NCBI GenBank assembly: GCA_965197795.1
Contig: OZ240228.1
Location: 1,529,898-1,593,897 of the forward strand
Reading direction: 5' to 3'
Length of the DNA stretch: 64,000 nt
Source of the DNA: Dehalococcoidia bacterium
Lineage (GTDB): Bacteria > Chloroflexota > Dehalococcoidia > DSTF01 > WHTK01
A model generated the notes under the pieces. That model saw nothing but the letters and a program-made list of their open reading frames with translations, searched no databases and was not told the origin of the DNA. A program made the position numbers and the translations under genes. Position 1 is the first letter of the stretch. Every line of letters begins with the position of its first letter. Positions 57,760-64,000 of this stretch are shown here, piece after piece.

Positions 57760-58560
57760 ATGAGCTCAGAAAGCAAAGGCTGGGCGCTGATCCTCGGCGC
57801 CTCCAGCGGTTTCGGTGGCGCTACGGCACGCGAGCTGGCTAAAAACGGCTTCGACGTTTTCGGTGTCCACCTCGACATGCGCGCCACGCTGCCCAACGCC
57901 GAGGCGATCCAGAAAGACATCGAGGCCGCCGGCAGACGCGCCTTCTTCTTCAACGTCAACGCCGCCGACGCCGCCAAGCGCGCCGACGTGATGCAAAAGG
58001 TCATCGAGGAGACGTCGAAGGACGGCTCCTTCGTGCGCGTCGTGCTGCACTCGCTCGCCTTCGGCGCCCTGCAGCCCGTCATCGGCGAAGACGCCAAGTC
58101 GTCTCTCAGCCAGCGCCAGCTCGAAATGACGCTCGACGTCATGGCCAACAGCCTCCTCTACTGGGTGCAGGACCTCGTCGCCGCCAACCTGCTGCGTAGG
58201 GGCAGCCGGGTCTTCGCCATGACCAGCTCGGGCTCGACCCGCGTCATGAAGAGCTACGGCGCCATCTCCGCCGCCAAGGCCGCGCTGGAGTCCAACCTGC
58301 GACAGCTCGCCATCGAGCTCGCGCCGATCGGCGCCACCGCCAACGCGATCCGCGCCGGCGTCACCGACACGCCGGCGCTGCGCCGCATCCCGGAGGGCAT
58401 CACGCTGCTTGAACGTGTACAGAAGAGTCACCCGATGGGCCGTGCCACGACGCCGCAAGACATCGCCCAGACGATCGCGGTGCTCTCGGACGAGCGCCTG
58501 CAGTGGCTCACCGGCAACGTCCTCGGCGTAGACGGCGGCGAAGAGATCACGCTTATCTAG
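57760..58560 (+). CDS. SDR-family enoyl-ACP reductase-like oxidoreductase (FabI/FabL-like, Y-x6-K)
   Basis: ILGASSGFGGATA Rossmann motif; SYGAISAAK (Y-x6-K). Confidence 0.65.
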   Translation: MSSESKGWALILGASSGFGGATARELAKNGFDVFGVHLDMRATLPNAEAIQKDIEAAGRRAFFFNVNAADAAKRADVMQKVIEETSKDGSFVRVVLHSLAFGALQPVIGEDAKSSLSQRQLEMTLDVMANSLLYWVQDLVAANLLRRGSRVFAMTSSGSTRVMKSYGAISAAKAALESNLRQLAIELAPIGATANAIRAGVTDTPALRRIPEGITLLERVQKSHPMGRATTPQDIAQTIAVLSDERLQWLTGNVLGVDGGEEITLI

Positions 58561-58692
58561 GCAGGTTCCCTGCACCGGGAGGCTGCCGCGCTGGTTACTC
58601 GGCTAACGCTGTTAGCGCGTAGCCTGCGGCCGGGACGAGACGTCTATTAACCGAATCAAGGGCAAGGCCCGCTTCTTCGAGCGCTACGGCGC

Positions 58693-58989
58693 CTAGGAGC
58701 AGTTCCTCGCCTTCTTCAACCACGGCGCAATAGGTATAAAGGCTGGACCGCCCAGCGAAATGCGAATCTGGGCAACGGCTCTGGTCTCTCGTGCACCATT
58801 CGCCAGGATGAACTCTCGTTCTTCCTCAGCCGCAATGCCGAGTGCGTCAAAGACTGACCGCGGAAGCCAGGTGTATGTCGAACCCGTATCCACCCACGCC
58901 TCGAGTTCGTTCACGGTACGACCTGACCTGTCGAGTACTCGCAGCGTCTCGCGGAAGAGTCCCATACGCGGATCATACACTTCTGACAC
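58693..58989 (-). CDS. retropepsin-like (clan AA) aspartyl protease
   Basis: AWVDTGSTYTWLP (DTGS active-site motif), ~98 aa. Confidence 0.55.
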   Translation of the reverse strand: MSEVYDPRMGLFRETLRVLDRSGRTVNELEAWVDTGSTYTWLPRSVFDALGIAAEEEREFILANGARETRAVAQIRISLGGPAFIPIAPWLKKARNCS

Positions 58990-59029
58990 CCTCTAGGCCG
59001 GATCCTGCCCTGGTTAATCGAACTTAACC

Positions 59030-59059
59030 TTGACGGATAATACGCCAGCGGCCGATAAT
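59030..59059 (+). promoter_or_regulatory. putative promoter of the HTH-ino1 gene
   Basis: TTGACG (59030-59035), 18 nt, GATAAT (59054-59059). Confidence 0.4.
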
Positions 59060-59081
59060 AACTGTCAAGAAAGCTTTACCT

Positions 59082-60458
59082 ATGCTCAATACCCGGCTCT
59101 TCGACGTACTCGACCAGCGTGGCCAGAAACAACGCTGGCTGCTGACCGAGCTCGCCCGCCGCGGCTACGAGCTTAGCGAAAGCTACCTTTCCCAGATCAA
59201 GGCCGGCAGCAAGGCCCCGTCGCAGCGCTTCATGGCGCTCGCCAGCGAGATCGTTGGCTTGCCGCAATCAGACCTCTTCTACGACGATGAGCCCGGCGCG
59301 TCTCCCATCGGCGCTGAGCGCCAGACTGCCACGCACGGCACAGCCAAAGGAGATTCGCGCATGGAGCCCATCAACGTAGCCATTGTCGGCGTCGGCAACT
59401 GCGCCTCGTCCCTCGTGCAAGGCGTGCACTACTACAAGGACGCCGACGAGGAGGCCGAGATTCCCGGCCTCATGCACGTCAACCTCGGCGGCTACCACAT
59501 TCGCGACATCAACTTCGTCGCCGCCTTCGACGTCGACAAGGAGAAGGTCGGCAAGGACCTCGGCACCGCGATCTTCTCCGGCCAGAACAACACCTATAAG
59601 TTCGCCGACGTGCCGAAAGAGACCGGCGTCATGGTCCACCGCGGCCGCACCCTGGACGGCCTCGGGCTCTACCTCAACCAGGTCATCGAGAAGGCAGACC
59701 CACCCTCCGCCGACGTGGTCAAGGTCCTCAAGGAGTCCAACGCCCAGGTCCTGATCAACTACCTGCCCGTCGGGAGCGAAGAGGCAACGAAGTGGTACGT
59801 CGAGCAGGCGATGCAGGCCGGCTGCGCCATCATCAACTGCATGCCCGTCTTCATCGCCTCGGACCCCACCGGCTACTGGCCGCAGCGCCTGCTCGACGCC
59901 GGCGTCCCGATCGTCGGCGACGATATCAAGTCGCAGGTCGGCGCCACCATCGTGCACCGCGCCCTCGCGCACCTATTCATGAACCGCGGCGTCAAAATCG
60001 ATCACACGTACCAGCTCAACTTCGGCGGCAACACCGACTTCCTCAACATGCTGGAGCGCACCCGCCTCATCTCCAAGAAAATCTCGAAGACGCAGTCCGT
60101 CACTTCCCAGATCGACTACCCGATGATGTCTGACGACATCCACATCGGCCCCAGCGACCACGTGCCCTGGCTCGGCGACCGCAAGTGGGCCTACATCCGC
60201 CTCGAAGGCACCAGCTTCGGCGACGTGCCGCTCAACGTGGAGCTCAAGCTCGAGGTCTGGGATAGCCCCAACTCGGCGGGCGTGGTCATCGACGCTATCC
60301 GCTGCGCCAAGCTCGCCCTCGACCGCGGCCTCAAGGGCCCCATCGCCGAGCCGTCGGCCACGTTCATGAAGTCGCCACCAAGGCAGTTCACGGACGAGCA
60401 GGGGCACGAGAACCTCGAAGCCTTCATCCGCGGCGAGTCCCAGATCTCGCTCGTCTAG
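59082..60458 (+). CDS. ino1: myo-inositol-1-phosphate synthase with in-frame N-terminal XRE-type HTH domain (fusion), plus strong internal start at 59361
   Basis: Residues 94-458 are bacterial MIPS ([21 protein letters not shown]...). Residues 1-70 look like an HTH_XRE ([30 protein letters not shown]...[10 protein letters not shown]), with high GC3 and no stop between. AAAGGAG sits 8 nt before the internal ATG at 59361. Confidence 0.8.
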   Translation: MLNTRLFDVLDQRGQKQRWLLTELARRGYELSESYLSQIKAGSKAPSQRFMALASEIVGLPQSDLFYDDEPGASPIGAERQTATHGTAKGDSRMEPINVAIVGVGNCASSLVQGVHYYKDADEEAEIPGLMHVNLGGYHIRDINFVAAFDVDKEKVGKDLGTAIFSGQNNTYKFADVPKETGVMVHRGRTLDGLGLYLNQVIEKADPPSADVVKVLKESNAQVLINYLPVGSEEATKWYVEQAMQAGCAIINCMPVFIASDPTGYWPQRLLDAGVPIVGDDIKSQVGATIVHRALAHLFMNRGVKIDHTYQLNFGGNTDFLNMLERTRLISKKISKTQSVTSQIDYPMMSDDIHIGPSDHVPWLGDRKWAYIRLEGTSFGDVPLNVELKLEVWDSPNSAGVVIDAIRCAKLALDRGLKGPIAEPSATFMKSPPRQFTDEQGHENLEAFIRGESQISLV

Positions 60459-60500
60459 GTCGACGGCTTTGGCCGACAAGAAAGCCCGTGTATTGCCGGG

Positions 60501-61944
60501 TTAGAGGCCGCGGTAGGCGGGCCATTCTACGAGGACGTGGGTGGAGCCGACGTTCCATCGGGTGATGGGAGCGTCTTGGCCACGGGCGCCCTGGGCGAGC
60601 ACGGTTTCGATGTCCGTGGCGATGTCGTAGAGGACGACTTCATACTCGGGTTCCCGGCCGGGGTTGGCTGGCGAAGGGCCTGCGGTCGCCCGGATCAGAA
60701 CGATCTTGCTGCCGTCGAACGAAGGGTTTGGGTACTCACCGCCCTCGATGCAGGCCAGTTGACGTCGTTTCGATGGACGATGGTGCCCTCACAGGCTTCG
60801 TCATGCCCGCGCGTTACGGCGACGAGGCCTTGATCAGTTGCTACGATGGGCCGCGGGTGGCCGAAGAGGTTTGCGCCGAGCCGGTGTGGGACGCCATCGA
60901 AGGTCTGAACGACTGAACGACTTCGCCAGTGCGAACCTCCACCAAGCTAGACCCTGACCCCTTCCGGAGCCGCTGGTGGCGTAGACGAAGCGACCTGTGG
61001 CGTCGAATTCGCCGGGCGGCTGTAGGCCCGGAATAATGTGCTCGACGCCGGTTTCAAGGTTCGTGATGGCGATGGCATCCGGGCCGGCGTTGCGAAAGAG
61101 GATGTCGGCAACCGGTGACCATTCGATGGCAGGGCCGCACTCTGAGGACCACGTTAGGTCACTCACAGTCCTGCTTGTGAAGTCGATCAGTGTCGCGCGT
61201 TTCCGGGGCCCTCTTTCGATGTGCACGTAATAGCGGCCGCTGGCAGACCATGCGGAGCCGGATGGGCCATCACATCCGCCACATCGCCAGAGCTGCTCGT
61301 GGAGCTGCCAGCGTTCGCCTGTCACCAGGTCCTGAGCCCAGAGCGCGTAGCTGGGGCCCGGAGTGGGGTGTCTGCGTTGCCTCGCCGCTGGGGGCCTGGT
61401 AGACGTGCCAGCGGCCATCGGGCGATACCCCAAACGGCACGATGTACTGTACGGGCTCACCGGCTGAGACGTAGAGCGGTAGGCCCTCGAAGTCGATGCA
61501 CTGGAGCGAGGGGTGCTCACGACCGTTGACGATGACGGGCGCCTGAGCCTCGCAGGCGGCGGGCCGTTCAGGGGCCGGGCCGCTATCGAGCGCGTTGCCC
61601 CGGAGGTCAAATACAATCTGGCTATCACCGCGGACCGACCAGACCGCTGCCCGGTCGCCGTCCTCGCTAAAGCCAGCGCTCCACGCGTCCTCGTCATAGT
61701 CCTGAAGAAGCGTTGTTATTTCACCGGTGGCCACGTTGAGGAGCCAGACGGTACGCGGCGGGTCACCCGACGGCGGCGTGGCCGTGGGCGTGGGCTGGGC
61801 AGCGAGCGTCGAGACTGCGCTGTCAGTTGCGCTGGTGGCTGCTGAGGCAGGCGTCGAGCTTGGGATAGGCGTGGGAGTAGGGCCGTCTGAGCTGCAGCCG
61901 AGGGCGAAGAAAAGAACGGTAGTAAGGAGCGCACGAAGGGTCAC
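60501..61944 (-). pseudogene. lipoprotein with TolB-like beta-propeller repeats, disrupted by at least 2 frameshifts
   Basis: Lipobox LGCSS in the frame of 61270..61944. Propeller-like sequence continues in the frame of 60834..61697 (...YALWAQDLVTGERWQL...) and then in a third frame (...LACIEGGEYPNPSFDGSKIVLIRATAG...VLYDIATD...), with stop at 60501-60503. Shifts lie near 61340-61390 and 60790-60840. Confidence 0.6.
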
Positions 61945-62063
61945 CTGACCAATGTAGCGGCCACAAGAAAGAAATACGACCGATCGCAGGATTCCTCCGG
62001 CACCTCGTTCGAGTACGCCCTACCCGCAGCGCATAACCGCCAAACACGGCATACTTATCCGCA

Positions 62064-63887
62064 ATGAGCCTTCCCTGGCGTAACGCGCGCTGGTTCGTGG
62101 CGTACTGGATCTCCAGGACCGGCGCCTTCTTAGGCCGATTTATCCCCGCTCCGTTCTGGTACGTCCTCGCCGACCCCATCGCGGACCTCTGTTACGTTTT
62201 AATGCGCCGCCGCCGCCGCGTCGTGCAAGAGAACCTGCAGCGCATCGTCGGCCCGGAAGAGGCGCCTGCCACGGCGCGACGCGTTTTCCGCAACTTCGCC
62301 CGCTACGTCATCGACTTCTATCAGCTGCCGTCCCTGAGCAAAGACGACCTCTGCAACCGCATCGAGTTTCACGACTGGCGTCACCTCAACGAGGCGCTGC
62401 AGCCCGGCGCCGGCGGGCTCTTCATCACCCTCCACCTCGGCCAGGCCGAGCTCGGCGCCGGTGCCCTCGCCGCCTACGGCCACGCCCCCAACGCCATCGC
62501 CGAGACCTTCGACTACCCGCCGATGAACCGGTTCATCCAGGGCCTGCGCCGCGATCTCGGCATGAACGTCATCCCGGCGAACAAGGCCACGAAGGGCATC
62601 CTGCGCTGTCTCAACCGCGGCGAGGCGCTCTGCATGATGATCGACGTGATTCAGCCCGGCGAAGGCGTCGCCGTCGACTTCTGCGGCGCCCCCGTCGAGT
62701 TCTCCAGCGCGCCGGCCCGCATCGCCATACGCACCGGCGCCCGCGTCATGCCAGGCGTAGTCGCCCGAACCCCACACGACCGCATGAAGCTGCTGCCCAA
62801 GATCGACTTCGGCCTGCAGTTCGAACCCACCGGCGCCGAAGAAGCCGACGTCCAGGCCCTGACGCAGCTCATCGCCAACTCGCTGGAGGGCTACGTCCGC
62901 CAGTTCCCCGACCAGTGGTTCGCCTTCCGTGCCTCCGGTGACCGTACCGTCGCCACGGAGGCGCCCACCGGGGGCGATTGGCGGATCTGGGCGCTCAAAG
63001 CCGGTATCTGGCTTGCCAACATCCTGCCCCGACAGGCCGCATACGCGGTCGCACGCTTCGGGGCGGACCTCGCTTATCGCTACCGTCACGAAGCGCGAAC
63101 CGCCGTCCAGGACAACATGCGCCACGTCATGGGCCGCGAAGCCTCGCAGGCGTCCGTCGAAGCCGCGGCGCGCGAGGTGTTTCGCAATGTCGGCCGCTAC
63201 TACGTCGACCTCATACGCTTCCCGCGCATGAATCTCGACCGCATGATCGGCAAAGAGATCCGCCTGCATGGCTTCGAACGCCTCAAATCGCGCCTCGATT
63301 CCGGCCAAGGAGTCGTCGTCGCCACGGCCCACTTCGGCAGCATAGAGCTCGCGGTACAGGTCGGCGCCATCCTGGGAATCGACAGCCTGGTGCTCGCCGA
63401 ACCGCTGCAGCCGCCCGCCTTCGCCGACCTGATGCGCCGCCTGCGCTCTACCTTCGGCCCGCGCTACGAGGATGTCGGCTTCACCACGATCATGAACTCG
63501 ATCCGCCACCTGCGCCGCGGCGGGATGCTGGCTATCGCCTGCGACCGCGACATCCAGCACAACGGAGAGCGGATCGAGTTCTTTGGCGTCGAGACACGCA
63601 TGCCGACGGGCGCCGCCGAGATCGCTGCTCGCACCGGCGCAGCCCTGATGCCGGGCTACTGCCGCCGCGCCGAGGACGGCGGCTTCGATATCTACTTCGA
63701 GGAACCCCTGGAGCTGACCGACACCGGCCACGCCAAGCAAGACGCCCTCACCGACACGAAGCGGTTGCTGGAGCGCGCTGAATCCTGGATCGCGGCCGAC
63801 CCCGGCCAGTGGATGCCCCTCGAAGCCATCTGGCCGGTAAGCCCGACAGCGCGGCCCGAATCGGTCGCCGCGTCGTCGGCAGGCTAA
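62064..63887 (+). CDS. tandem-domain lipid A biosynthesis (LpxL/HtrB/PatA-like) acyltransferase
   Basis: Two LPLAT/LpxL-type halves, each with the catalytic H(x4)D-like region (ITLHLGQAELG... and VATAHFGSIELA...) and a C-terminal DxD-like segment. Confidence 0.7.
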   Translation: MSLPWRNARWFVAYWISRTGAFLGRFIPAPFWYVLADPIADLCYVLMRRRRRVVQENLQRIVGPEEAPATARRVFRNFARYVIDFYQLPSLSKDDLCNRIEFHDWRHLNEALQPGAGGLFITLHLGQAELGAGALAAYGHAPNAIAETFDYPPMNRFIQGLRRDLGMNVIPANKATKGILRCLNRGEALCMMIDVIQPGEGVAVDFCGAPVEFSSAPARIAIRTGARVMPGVVARTPHDRMKLLPKIDFGLQFEPTGAEEADVQALTQLIANSLEGYVRQFPDQWFAFRASGDRTVATEAPTGGDWRIWALKAGIWLANILPRQAAYAVARFGADLAYRYRHEARTAVQDNMRHVMGREASQASVEAAAREVFRNVGRYYVDLIRFPRMNLDRMIGKEIRLHGFERLKSRLDSGQGVVVATAHFGSIELAVQVGAILGIDSLVLAEPLQPPAFADLMRRLRSTFGPRYEDVGFTTIMNSIRHLRRGGMLAIACDRDIQHNGERIEFFGVETRMPTGAAEIAARTGAALMPGYCRRAEDGGFDIYFEEPLELTDTGHAKQDALTDTKRLLERAESWIAADPGQWMPLEAIWPVSPTARPESVAASSAG

Positions 63888-63902
63888 GATGACCTGAGCT
63901 GA

Positions 63903-64000
63903 TGGGCAAAGCTGACCTCCACATTCATACGCGGCACGGCGACGGTCTCGATTCGATAGAGCGTATCTTCGAACACGTGGAGGCGCGAACCGACCTCGAC
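63903..64000 (+). CDS. PHP-domain metal-dependent phosphoesterase (partial, N-terminus only)
   Basis: MGKADLHIHTRHGDGLDSIERIFEHV... Runs off the window edge. Confidence 0.5.

Noticed and set aside
1-64000. CRISPR arrays, rRNA genes, transposases/integrases
   Set aside because: No regularly spaced direct repeats, no rRNA-like sequence and no recognisable transposase or integrase ORF were seen. The tRNA-adjacent islet lacks an integrase and obvious att duplications.

Overview
High-GC (~67%) bacterial chromosome segment, probably Chloroflexota/Thermomicrobia-like: a paired TIGR03663/TIGR03662 'Chlor_Arch_YYY'-type membrane glycosyltransferase module is present. Mostly core housekeeping genes: polA (partial), an FtsX-type ABC exporter with two ATPase genes, ltaE, infC-rpmI-rplT convergent with pheST, an rnc-smc-ftsY operon, cca, dinG-like exonuclease-helicase, ispE-ksgA, an Fe-S module (erpA, SufR-like regulator, iscS), Ni-SOD sodN-sodX, galU, a fabI-like SDR, ino1 (MIPS) and a tandem LpxL/PatA-like acyltransferase. 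Two low-GC (~50%) islets look horizontally acquired: (i) 42.3-44.0 kb, a beta-class DNA methyltransferase fused through a G7 homopolymer frameshift to an Mrr-like PD-(D/E)xK domain, immediately upstream of tRNA-Lys and tRNA-Leu; (ii) 31.3-32.15 kb, small membrane protein gene(s). Other notable items: a candidate ydaO-type (c-di-AMP) riboswitch upstream of a YabE-like 3D-domain cell-wall protein; three genes carrying in-frame stop/frameshift lesions (FAD-linked oxidase, the MTase fusion, a beta-propeller lipoprotein), which could equally be homopolymer sequencing errors; a probable ATA (non-AUG) start on infC; an XRE-HTH fused in frame to MIPS with a strong internal SD; a ~40-nt hairpin repeat in two copies; an orphan NuoB with a Cys-rich tail; and a 451-aa hypothetical protein translationally coupled to galU. 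No CRISPR arrays, rRNA genes or transposases were seen. All calls are from reading the sequence by eye without database searches.
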